Origin: Gemmata obscuriglobus
GTDB taxonomy: Bacteria; Planctomycetota; Planctomycetia; Gemmatales; Gemmataceae
Assembly: GCF_008065095.1 (NCBI RefSeq)
Contig: NZ_CP042911.1
Span: 4,560,001-4,592,000 of the forward strand
Length of the DNA stretch: 32,000 nucleotides
Reading direction: 5' to 3'
A program made the position numbers and the translations under genes. Below, one piece after another: positions 24,608-32,000 of this stretch; within the stretch, counting starts at the first letter, position 1, and the number at the start of each line of letters is the position of its first letter. The notes beneath the pieces were generated by a model. It made no database searches and had not been told where the DNA came from. It worked only from the letters and a program-made list of their open reading frames with translations.

Positions 24608-26403
24608 GGCCTGGTTCAAAAAAGCCCGCTTTAGGGTAACAGGTGCGTGGGGGGACGTGGCCGCGTGGACGGCTGAGACGGGCGTGTATGCGTATTCAGT
24701 TGCGTTGGAACCGTTGGTATCCCAACAGTTCGACCCAGTGCGGATGAGCGCAGCCGGTCAGCAACTCCGTCGGGCTCTGGTTCACGCGTTCCGGGTGCTC
24801 GCTGCGTCCGAACCGTCGGTGGTTCAGGAAGAACCGCAGCAGATCCAGGTATGCACCGCCCAGGTGCCTCCGGAGGAAGAAGTACCCGCGTAACCGACTG
24901 TTCAGGTTCTCGATTACCGAGCTCGCGCGAACCGTCCCCGCCGCCACCGGCGCCACCGCGTTCCGCAGGCTTCGGTAACGGGTCCCCAGGCGCCGGTGCA
25001 ACTCGGCATCGCGTTGCCACGTCGCGGGACAGCGCTCGTCCGACATCGACACCGCTAGCACCTCACGCACCAACGCCGGCGGCACCTCGTACTCGTTCGC
25101 CACGGCCGCCAACTGCTCATCGAGGGCGCCGGCGAAGGCGAGCAGGTCGTCGCGCTGGTGGCGCAGGGCACGAACCGCCGGGCCGATCCGATGCGGGCAA
25201 CGGGGCGCCCGCGCGTCCAACTCGGCGACCACGAAGTCGAACAGGTGACACCGGGTGGGATGGTCGGGACCGGCCACGGTGAAGATGTCGTCCCGGAGCC
25301 CGCCGAGGAGTACGGACACCTCGTCGGCCAGGGCGATGGCCCGATCTTGTTCCTGACGCACCAACGCGAGCCGCTTGGATTGGGTCTTGCCGCGACCGTG
25401 CCGCTTGGCCCGTGTCATGCGCCGCTGCTGCTGGTCGCACGCATCGACGGCGCCGTACGCCCGGTTGTCCAAGAACCGGATCAACTGGCCCAGATCACGG
25501 AGCGCGTGAAAGATGTCGCCACGACACGGGGTGTCGGGCCAGGCCAAGGTCTGGCCGGCGCGCAGGCCACGACCGGCGTCGGCGATGGTCGCGTCGGGCC
25601 GAAGGCCGTGGTCTTGCAGCTCCAAGAGCCGGACACCCCAGGTGTCGGCGTCGCGGTGCTCTTCGAGACGGAGCAGGTAGCAGAACGTGGACCCCACATC
25701 GACGCCGACGAGGACCGGTTGCCCGTTCTGAAAGATCTCGTCGTGGGCACCGATACGGACCGGCGACAGGTCGCAGTTCGCGTTGTGGTGCCGTGCCCGT
25801 TCGACGGCGGAGTGGATGATGTTGTGGACGTGACCCAGGGACAGATCGTGGTCGAAGAAGTCGCGGAAGAGCTCGACGACCCCGCGGAGCGGACAGTGAC
25901 CGATGAGAACCAGACCGAGTGTGAACTGGCGGATCCAGTGCTTGGTGACGGGTAGGTGGAACAGAACCGCATCGTCGGTGGGTGGGTCGAAGGCGTTGGA
26001 GAGGGCGTGGCGCGCGAGATCTTGTTGCTGGTAGACGAATTTGCGACTGACGTGGGCGTCTTGCGCGAGCGCGGAGATCGGTTGGGTGCCGGCCAGAGCG
26101 TCCAGCGCCAGGCGCTGACGCTGCTCGGGTGTGAGCGCGTGGGCCGGTGACCGATTGGGCGCTTGGGGGTGGACCGCCGTCGCGGGTGGAGTTAGGCGTT
26201 CGGCAGGTGCAAAATTACCCGAGCTGGGGCGCAAAACGGTTTGAATAGCCAAAGTGTGGGTAAATCTTTACCTGCCGAATGCCTTAAAACACACATGCCT
26301 GTTTCCTTGGAGATCCTGGAGGCGTCGTAACCACCAGTCTCGGGGAAATAGGCATTTTCGTGAACTACTCAGCCCCAACTGTTACCCACTTCTGAACCAG
26401 GCC
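24608..26403 (-). mobile_element. intact insertion sequence, 1796 bp, single transposase gene, family not assigned
   Basis: The terminal inverted repeats are GGCCTGGTTCA (24608-24618) and its exact complement tgaaccaggcc (26393-26403). Subterminal GGGTAACAG is repeated in inverse orientation (24634-24642 and 26379-26387). The element is flanked by the 8-bp direct repeat TGGAAGTC. Confidence 0.85.
24696..26252 (-). CDS. DDE-type transposase (518 aa)
   Basis: It has an N-terminal HTH-like region (LTPEQRQRLALDALAGTQPISALAQDAHVSRKFVY). Candidate acidic triad contexts are AHDEIF..PVLVGVDVGS, ATIADAGRG and SSVIENLNSRLRGYF. The tail is SPTELLTG..HPHWVELLGY. It starts at a TTG, so the exact start is uncertain. 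I cannot assign the IS family reliably by eye. Confidence 0.8.
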   Translation of the reverse strand: MAIQTVLRPSSGNFAPAERLTPPATAVHPQAPNRSPAHALTPEQRQRLALDALAGTQPISALAQDAHVSRKFVYQQQDLARHALSNAFDPPTDDAVLFHLPVTKHWIRQFTLGLVLIGHCPLRGVVELFRDFFDHDLSLGHVHNIIHSAVERARHHNANCDLSPVRIGAHDEIFQNGQPVLVGVDVGSTFCYLLRLEEHRDADTWGVRLLELQDHGLRPDATIADAGRGLRAGQTLAWPDTPCRGDIFHALRDLGQLIRFLDNRAYGAVDACDQQQRRMTRAKRHGRGKTQSKRLALVRQEQDRAIALADEVSVLLGGLRDDIFTVAGPDHPTRCHLFDFVVAELDARAPRCPHRIGPAVRALRHQRDDLLAFAGALDEQLAAVANEYEVPPALVREVLAVSMSDERCPATWQRDAELHRRLGTRYRSLRNAVAPVAAGTVRASSVIENLNSRLRGYFFLRRHLGGAYLDLLRFFLNHRRFGRSEHPERVNQSPTELLTGCAHPHWVELLGYQRFQRN

Positions 26404-26411
26404 TGGAAGTC
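26404..26411. repeat. target-site duplication TGGAAGTC (right copy)
   Basis: See the left copy. This one lies immediately outside the right IS terminus. Confidence 0.8.
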
Positions 26412-26429
26412 ACAGAGAATGCCGATATA

Positions 26430-26443
26430 GTTTCCTAGGAAAC
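26430..26443. promoter_or_regulatory. perfect 14-bp palindrome GTTTCCTAGGAAAC, candidate MarR operator
   Basis: It lies 24 nt upstream of the marR-family ATG (26467). MarR dimers typically bind short palindromes that overlap their own promoter. Confidence 0.4.
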
Positions 26444-26466
26444 AGTCGAGCCTTTGGACGCCGAAC

Positions 26467-26922
26467 ATGTCGCACGTGCCAAGCCCGCTGGACGCCCACA
26501 TTGGGTTCTGGCTCCGTTTCATTTCCAACCACGTATCGCACGCGTTTGCGGCGAAGGTGGAAGGGCACGGGGTGACGGTTGCGGAATGGGTGGTGCTGCG
26601 GCAGTTGCTCACGACCGGCGCCACGGCACCAAGCGCACTGGCTGAGGGGTTGGGGCTGACCCGTGGAGCCGTTTCCAAACTCGTCGACCGCTTGTGCGCC
26701 AAGTGTCTGGTGTCGCGGACGGCGAACCAGGAGGACAAGCGGTATCAGACGGTCGCGCTGACGCCGACCGGCCACGAACTGGTCCCGAAGTTGGCGGACG
26801 TGGCGGATGCGAACGACGCCGAGTTCTTCGGACACCTCAACGACGACCAGCGGGCAATGCTAGTTGGACTGATGAAGGACGTTGTGCGGCGGCACGGGTT
26901 GAAGGATGTGCCGATCGAGTGA
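26467..26922 (+). CDS. MarR family transcriptional regulator
   Basis: Winged-helix pattern: VTVAEWVVLRQLL..PSALAEGLGLTRGAVSKLVDRLCAKCLVSRTANQEDKRYQTVALTPTG. Length is 151 aa. Confidence 0.9.
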   Translation: MSHVPSPLDAHIGFWLRFISNHVSHAFAAKVEGHGVTVAEWVVLRQLLTTGATAPSALAEGLGLTRGAVSKLVDRLCAKCLVSRTANQEDKRYQTVALTPTGHELVPKLADVADANDAEFFGHLNDDQRAMLVGLMKDVVRRHGLKDVPIE

Positions 26923-26944
26923 ACCCAAACAGAAAGGTGAGACC

Positions 26945-27352
26945 ATGACCAGTCAGGAGCGCGCCGCGGTGATGAAGAAGTGCCAGGAGCTCTCACTCGC
27001 GGGTCGAATTGCCTTCCCGGAAACGGTTAGACGACTGAGTGAGGCCGGCGTCGAGCGGTACCACGTTGACCTCACTCGGGACGAAACCACATACTACCTC
27101 TCGTGCGGGGAGTCGCACGCGCTCGCTTTGGGTGGGCCGCATGGGACGATTAACGGACCATTCGACGCCACCGGTGTAGAGGGGGCGGTACGGGCCTCCC
27201 AGCGCGGAGAGGTCACCTATCGGGAGTTCCTCAGCCGAATCATGGCAGCCGGGTGCGTCGGGTACTTTACCCAAATCACAGGCCGGAAAGTGCAGTACGT
27301 CGGCCGCACCGGTGACATGCACGTTGAACCGTTTCCCGGCACAACAGTTTGA
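26945..27352 (+). CDS. DUF1398 (YbcV-like) family protein
   Basis: From ATG 26945 the protein reads ..IAFPETVRRLSEAGVERYHVDLTRDETTYY..IRASQRGEVTYREFLSRIMAAGCVGYF..KVQYVGRTGDMHVEPFP. This matches my recollection of the DUF1398 pattern. It lies 22 nt after marR and is probably co-transcribed. Confidence 0.7.
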   Translation: MTSQERAAVMKKCQELSLAGRIAFPETVRRLSEAGVERYHVDLTRDETTYYLSCGESHALALGGPHGTINGPFDATGVEGAVRASQRGEVTYREFLSRIMAAGCVGYFTQITGRKVQYVGRTGDMHVEPFPGTTV

Positions 27353-27371
27353 CGGAACTGAACGTGCCCGG

Positions 27372-27397
27372 CGCGGGGCTCGGACGCCCCGCGTTTG
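27372..27397 (+). terminator. candidate intrinsic terminator after the marR-DUF1398 pair
   Basis: cgcggggc (27372-27379), loop tcggac, gccccgcg (27386-27393), followed by TTTG. It lies between convergent genes. Confidence 0.45.
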
Positions 27398-27409
27398 TCG
27401 GCGAACCGG

Positions 27410-28471
27410 TCAGCGGAGCGACTCGCGCCACTCTTTGTTCAGCTCTTCAACCGTCTTGCCGGTGAGGGTCTTCCACACCCCGGCGTCGTATCGCCCCGCG
27501 CGCAGCATCGCGTTCAGCTTGGTCACGAGTTGCGCGTCGTACCGGTTGGTGACGTAAGCCAGGAACGCGGCGGTGGTGCGGTAGCTCGCATCGAACGCGG
27601 CCCGTTGCGGGTTCACCCGGCCGGCCGTGCCGGGCTCGAATTTCCAGAACCGCACGTAATCGGCGATGCCCTCCACCAGCCACCCCGGCAGCCCACGGCC
27701 CCGGTAGTTCTGAACGCAGTGGGCCGTCTCGTGGACCATCGCGCCGATGTCGTTCGGGTGCGACTTGAAGTACTTCACCGACCCGGTGATCCGGTTCCCG
27801 CCGGCCATCGCCACACCGTCATAACTGGCCTTCATCGCGAGCCGGATCTGCGTCGGCGGTTGGAACCCGTCGCTCGCGAGCAGGTCGCAGATCATCGGGT
27901 ACTCTCGCTCGCACACCCGGACCGCGTTCTCGGTCCATTCCCGGAGTTCGGGGGCGTCCGTCACGTCAATCGTGAACTCGACCGGATACCGGAACGTGGT
28001 CACCCGCGGGTTAGAGTCGAGTGTGATCTCCCGCACTACGAGCGGGTGTTTCAGGTCCTCGGTCGAGCGTACCCGAATGGCTCGCACGGTTCCCGCTTTG
28101 GGAGTCGCAGACGCCTTCCCCTTGTCGAACGTAGCGGCGGACTCGAACGTGGTGCCGTCGGCGGAGAGTTCGAGCGACCCGGCGGCCAGCGCGTCGTCGC
28201 CGTTCGGCCGACCGGTCAGCACGGCCACGGATTTCAGTTTCACCGGCGTGTCGAACCGGATTGTGAAGTGGTCGGTTTTGCTCGCGTTGCGTTCGGACAC
28301 GAAGTAGGTCGTTGCGTCACCGTCGAAAGCGAACTGACGAATCCGGCCGGCGACAGAAGGCAGGGACGATTCGACCGCGGCCCGCTGGATTGGGCGCGGC
28401 CTGGGGGCGGGTTCGGCCGCAACAGCCGGGTTGCACGAAAGAACAACAAGCACAGCAGGCAGCAATCGCAT
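27410..28471 (-). CDS. secreted BSP-family (peptidase of plants and bacteria) metallopeptidase-like protein with N-terminal discoidin (F5/8 type C)-like domain
   Basis: From ATG 28471 the protein starts MRLLPAVLVVLSCNPAVAAEP (signal peptide). FAFDGDATTYFVS..LKSVAVLTGRP..LELSADG is discoidin-like. MVHETAHCVQNYRGRGLPGWLVEGIADYVRF carries HExxH plus the EGIADY block of the basic-secretory-protein family. Confidence 0.8.
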   Translation of the reverse strand: MRLLPAVLVVLSCNPAVAAEPAPRPRPIQRAAVESSLPSVAGRIRQFAFDGDATTYFVSERNASKTDHFTIRFDTPVKLKSVAVLTGRPNGDDALAAGSLELSADGTTFESAATFDKGKASATPKAGTVRAIRVRSTEDLKHPLVVREITLDSNPRVTTFRYPVEFTIDVTDAPELREWTENAVRVCEREYPMICDLLASDGFQPPTQIRLAMKASYDGVAMAGGNRITGSVKYFKSHPNDIGAMVHETAHCVQNYRGRGLPGWLVEGIADYVRFWKFEPGTAGRVNPQRAAFDASYRTTAAFLAYVTNRYDAQLVTKLNAMLRAGRYDAGVWKTLTGKTVEELNKEWRESLR

Positions 28472-28674
28472 TGAATGACCTCTGTTCGGAGCGGCCGGAG
28501 TGTTGTACTCCCGCGGCGCGGAATCGGAGAGCAGAGGGCCGGCGTTCACATTGGCTCCTCATAAACTCCCAACCGCGGCCCCGGCCCGAAACACCTGATT
28601 TTGTTTCCCCCCTGCTCCCGCGCCGGGATACAACTGTCCCAACCTCTCCGCCCCATCCCTGTGGCGATGCACTG

Positions 28675-31600
28675 ATGAACACAGCACGTTTCGCGCTGCT
28701 CGGCGCGCTGGCCGCTGCCGCCTTCGTACCAATCGCGGCCCAGAAGCCCAGCGACCTCGCCCCGTCCGCTTATGCAATCCGTGACGCAAAGGTCGTTACG
28801 GAAGCCGGAGCCGTGCTCCCCAAAGCCACACTCGTGATACGCGACGGGCTAATCGCTGCGGTCGGAGAGGGCGTTGCCGTCCCGCCGGACGCGCTCGTGA
28901 TCGAGGGGCAAGGGCTCACCGTTTACCCGGGGTTCATCGACGCCGCCACCACCCGCGGCTATGATGTCGCGCTGCGGCGCTCCCTGGGTGGCCCGCCGGC
29001 CCCGGAGGATCTCGCCGCCGACCCGCTCGTCGCCACCAAACCGGACCACCGCAAGGGGCTGACGCCCGAGTTCGCGGTTCAAACGGCGTTCAAGCTCGAC
29101 GAGGAGTCGGCGGCGCCCTGGCGGAAGGTCGGCTTCACCGCCCAACTCGTGACACCCGACGGCGGGTATTTTTCGGGCACCAGCGCGCTCGTGAGCCTGA
29201 GCGGGGCGGTCCCGCGCGACGCCACGCTACGGGGTCCGGTGGCGCTGCACGCCCGTTTCGGGCGGGTCGCCGGGGCCGAGTACCCGGTGTCGCTGATGGG
29301 GGTGATGGCCCACGCCCGGCAGACGGTGCTCGACGCGGGCTGGCTCAAGCGCCAGTGGGCCGCTTATGAAGGTCGCGGAAAAACTGGCAAGCGCCCGCCC
29401 GCGGACCCGTGCCTGGAGGCCCTGTGGCCCGCTCTCGACGGCCAACTGCCGGTCGCCTTCGAGGCCGACTCGGCCGACGAGATCAACCGCGCGCTCGACT
29501 TCGCAGCCGAGTTCAAACTGAAGCCGCTGATCGTCGGCGGGCGCAGCGCGTGGAAAGTCGCCGACCGGCTGGCGAAGGAGCAGGTGCCGGTCGTCCTACG
29601 GCTCGACTTCGCCTCGGCCCCCGAGCGCGAGTCGGAGTTGCCCGTCCGCGTCCGCGAAGACCAGGAGCGACTGCGGCAACAGGACGTGGGGTGCGCAGCA
29701 GCCCTTCACAAAGCCGGGGTGAAGTTCGCGTTCACCACGCAGGGGCTGGCACCGAACCGGTTCCAGCAGAACGTCCGCAAGGCCATCGCCGCCGGGTTGC
29801 CCGCGGACGCCGCGCTGGCGGCGCTAACCGGCACCGCCGCCGACATCCTCGGCGCGTCATCTCAAGTGGGCCGCATCGCGAAGGGCCGCGCCGCTCACCT
29901 GCTCGTGTGCGACGGCGCGTTCGACTCGGCCGCGACCAAGTATAAGTTCGCGTTCAGCGACGGCGTGCGCTTCGACCTCACCGCACCGACGCCACCCTCC
30001 GGCGCTAGCGCACCCGCACCTGGCGGTGACACCCCGACCCCCAAGAAGGGCAATCGGCCGCGACCCGATACCGATCCGTCTCCGGCGCCGACCTCGCCCG
30101 CGCCGGCCCCCAAGGGACCGTTCGGGTCCGGGCGGCCGGGGTCCGAGCGCGACACGCCGCCGTTCAACGGCGCGGCGCTGCGTGCGGTGGTGCCAATGCT
30201 GGACGCCGCCGAACTCACGGCCACCGAGACCGAGGCCGACCGCAAGCCGCCCGTTCGCACCGGCGGCGCCGTGCTGATCCGCGGCGCCACCGTGCTCACC
30301 GGCACCGGCAAAACGCTCCCGAACACCGACATCCTGGTCGAGTCCGGAAAGATCCGCGCCATCGGCGCCGGCTTGCCCCCCGCACCCGGCGTAAAGGTGA
30401 TCGACGCGAACGGCATGTTCGTGACGGCCGGGATCATCGACACGCACTCCCACTTCGCGATGTCGGGCGGGATCAACGAGTCGTCGCTGTCGGTGGTCCC
30501 CGAAGTGCGGGTGCGGGACGTGATCGACTCCGAGGACGTGCAGGTCTACCGCGCGCTCGGGGGCGGGGTGACCACCGCCCGCCTGCTGCACGGCAGCGCG
30601 AACGTGATCGGCGGGCAGGACGCGGTCATCAAGATGAAGTACGGAGCGACCGCGCGGGAGATGCTGGTGACCAGCGGGCCGCGCGGGGTGAAGTTCGCCC
30701 TCGGCGAGAACGTGAAGCGCACCGACGGCCGGTTCCCGAACAGCCGGCTCGGGGTCGAGGCGGTCCTCGTCCGCGCGTTCACCGAGGCCCAGGCGTACCA
30801 GAAGAAGTGGGCCGAGTACGAGTCCCGCAAAGGGACCAGCGACCCGCTGCCGGAGCCGCGGCGCGACCTGCGCCTCGAGGCGCTGGCGGACATCCTCAAG
30901 GGCGACGTGCGGGTCCACTCGCACTGCTACCGGTCCGACGAGATCCTGATGCTGTTGCGCGTGGCCGACCAGTTCGGCGTAAAGGTGAAGTCCCTCCAGC
31001 ACGTGCTCGAGGGCTACAAGGTGGCACCGGAGATCGCCGCGCACGGCGCCAGCGTGAGCCTGTTCAGCGACTGGTGGGCGTACAAGATCGAGGCGTTCGA
31101 CGCGATCCCCTACGCCGCGAAGCTGCTCAAGGACGCCGGCGCCTCCGTATGCCTCAAGTCGGACGACAACGAGCTGATGCGGCACCTGAACCAGGAGGCC
31201 GCGAAGCTGGTGAAGTACTGCAGGTTCACACCTGAGGAAGCGCTGCACACGATCACCCTGAACCCCGCCAAGCAACTCGGACTGGACGCGCGGCTCGGCA
31301 CAGTCGAGGTGAGCAAGGACGCCGACCTCGCGATCTTCAACGGGCACCCGCTGAACTCCTTCGCGCGGTGCGAAATGACACTGATCGAAGGCGAGATCTA
31401 CTTCCAGCGGTCGCCGAAGCTCACGCCGTTCGACCCGGCCGCGGCGGAGCCCGCGAAGCCGGCGCCGAAGTTTGCCGCGCTCCCGGAACTGCCGAAGGGC
31501 ACCTACGTGCTGCACGGGGGCACGATCCACTCACCGGGCAAGGAACCGTTCGTCGGCACGGTCACCGTGGACGCCGCTACCGGCAAGCTCCTTCACGTCG

Positions 31601-32000
31601 CACAGGGCGGGCTGAAGGTCGGCGGCGCGCGGCCGGCGGTTCGCGAGGTCGATTGCACCGGGCTGCACATCTTCCCCGGCATGATCGACGCCGGGACCGT
31701 GCTGGGGCTCGTGGAAATCGACTCGGCCCGCGAGACCAACGACTTCCGCGAAGGCGGCGACTTTCAGCCGGACCTCCGCGCAAGCGTCGGCATCAACCCG
31801 GACTCGGAGCTGATCCCCGTGACCCGGGCCAACGGGGTGACCACAGCGCTGACGCGGCCCACCGGATCCCTGCTGCCGGGTCAGGGGGCGCTCATCAACC
31901 TCGCGGGCTGGGTGCCGGCAGAAATGGTCGCGGTAGACGGGCTCACGCTCCACATCGAGTACCCCCCGGCGAACGCCGGCGGCTTCCGCGGCGGGTTCAA
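28675..32000 (+). CDS. secreted multi-module amidohydrolase-superfamily protein, >1108 aa, continues beyond the right edge
   Basis: Absent from the ORF track because it has no stop in the window. I translated frame 1 from ATG 28675 to 32000 and found no stop. It starts MNTARFALLGALAAAAFVPIAAQ (signal peptide). Module 1 has VYPGFIDAATT, a Pro-rich linker follows, module 2 has the canonical GIIDTHSHF plus VRVHSHCY, and a third module begins with HIFPGMIDAGT. The 557-aa minus-strand track ORF 29857..31530 is its shadow. Confidence 0.85.
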   Translation, partial: MNTARFALLGALAAAAFVPIAAQKPSDLAPSAYAIRDAKVVTEAGAVLPKATLVIRDGLIAAVGEGVAVPPDALVIEGQGLTVYPGFIDAATTRGYDVALRRSLGGPPAPEDLAADPLVATKPDHRKGLTPEFAVQTAFKLDEESAAPWRKVGFTAQLVTPDGGYFSGTSALVSLSGAVPRDATLRGPVALHARFGRVAGAEYPVSLMGVMAHARQTVLDAGWLKRQWAAYEGRGKTGKRPPADPCLEALWPALDGQLPVAFEADSADEINRALDFAAEFKLKPLIVGGRSAWKVADRLAKEQVPVVLRLDFASAPERESELPVRVREDQERLRQQDVGCAAALHKAGVKFAFTTQGLAPNRFQQNVRKAIAAGLPADAALAALTGTAADILGASSQVGRIAKGRAAHLLVCDGAFDSAATKYKFAFSDGVRFDLTAPTPPSGASAPAPGGDTPTPKKGNRPRPDTDPSPAPTSPAPAPKGPFGSGRPGSERDTPPFNGAALRAVVPMLDAAELTATETEADRKPPVRTGGAVLIRGATVLTGTGKTLPNTDILVESGKIRAIGAGLPPAPGVKVIDANGMFVTAGIIDTHSHFAMSGGINESSLSVVPEVRVRDVIDSEDVQVYRALGGGVTTARLLHGSANVIGGQDAVIKMKYGATAREMLVTSGPRGVKFALGENVKRTDGRFPNSRLGVEAVLVRAFTEAQAYQKKWAEYESRKGTSDPLPEPRRDLRLEALADILKGDVRVHSHCYRSDEILMLLRVADQFGVKVKSLQHVLEGYKVAPEIAAHGASVSLFSDWWAYKIEAFDAIPYAAKLLKDAGASVCLKSDDNELMRHLNQEAAKLVKYCRFTPEEALHTITLNPAKQLGLDARLGTVEVSKDADLAIFNGHPLNSFARCEMTLIEGEIYFQRSPKLTPFDPAAAEPAKPAPKFAALPELPKGTYVLHGGTIHSPGKEPFVGTVTVDAATGKLLHVAQGGLKVGGARPAVREVDCTGLHIFPGMIDAGTVLGLVEIDSARETNDFREGGDFQPDLRASVGINPDSELIPVTRANGVTTALTRPTGSLLPGQGALINLAGWVPAEMVAVDGLTLHIEYPPANAGGFRGGF

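Noticed and set aside
29857-31530. 557-aa minus-strand ORF
   Set aside because: It is a shadow of the plus-strand amidohydrolase frame, which carries GIIDTHSHF and other family blocks and is stop-free from 28675 to the window end. The minus-strand product is low-complexity and Arg/Gly/Val/Glu-rich.
1-32000. CRISPR arrays, tRNA/rRNA genes, prophage or integrase genes, known defence or toxin-antitoxin modules
   Set aside because: I saw no regularly spaced direct repeats and no T-loop or anticodon-arm patterns. No integrase, recombinase, nuclease or NTPase gene combination is present. The only RHH protein is 145 aa with a Cys-rich domain and has no adjacent toxin-sized ORF.

Overview
High-GC (roughly two-thirds G+C by eye) bacterial chromosome segment. 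Gene content points to Planctomycetota, probably Gemmataceae-like: there are three prepilin-leader/DUF1559 (H-X9-DG) paralogues, a Tat-signal DUF1501 protein and many secreted hypotheticals. This assignment is inference.

Most of the window is ordinary housekeeping or periplasmic enzyme genes:
- partial ADP-ribosylglycohydrolase
- tatC
- cobA-hemD fusion
- UxaA-type dehydratase
- DUF1501 protein
- soluble histidine kinase
- a 902-aa family-5 solute-binding protein
- purB
- DEAD-box helicase
- di-haem cytochrome c peroxidase
- MarR plus DUF1398
- BSP-type metallopeptidase
- a >1100-aa multi-domain amidohydrolase that runs off the right edge

Both edge genes are missing from the ORF track because they are open-ended. 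I read them directly from the sequence. In this GC-rich DNA many long track ORFs are antisense or off-frame shadows, and many track starts are upstream extensions.

I found no CRISPR array, tRNA, rRNA, recognisable phage block or known defence or toxin system.

The features I consider most worth follow-up are:
1. A small ribbon-helix-helix protein with four CxxC pairs. It is transcribed divergently from the transporter-less giant SBP5 gene, with repeated TTACGCG half-sites in its promoter.
2. A 107-bp near-perfect palindrome that exactly fills the spacer between two convergent genes.
3. An intact 1796-bp IS with 8-bp target duplications, inserted 19 bp from a perfect palindrome upstream of marR and next to an in-frame-collapsed sulfatase remnant.
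4. A compositionally atypical segment (about 19.3-22.9 kb) carrying an orphan secreted tandem-repeat protein and two DUF1559 genes. One of these is translationally coupled (TAATG) to the peroxidase.
5. The amidohydrolase fusion, in which only the middle module keeps the HxH metal motif.

None of these can be shown to be a new system from the sequence alone. The claims are graded accordingly.
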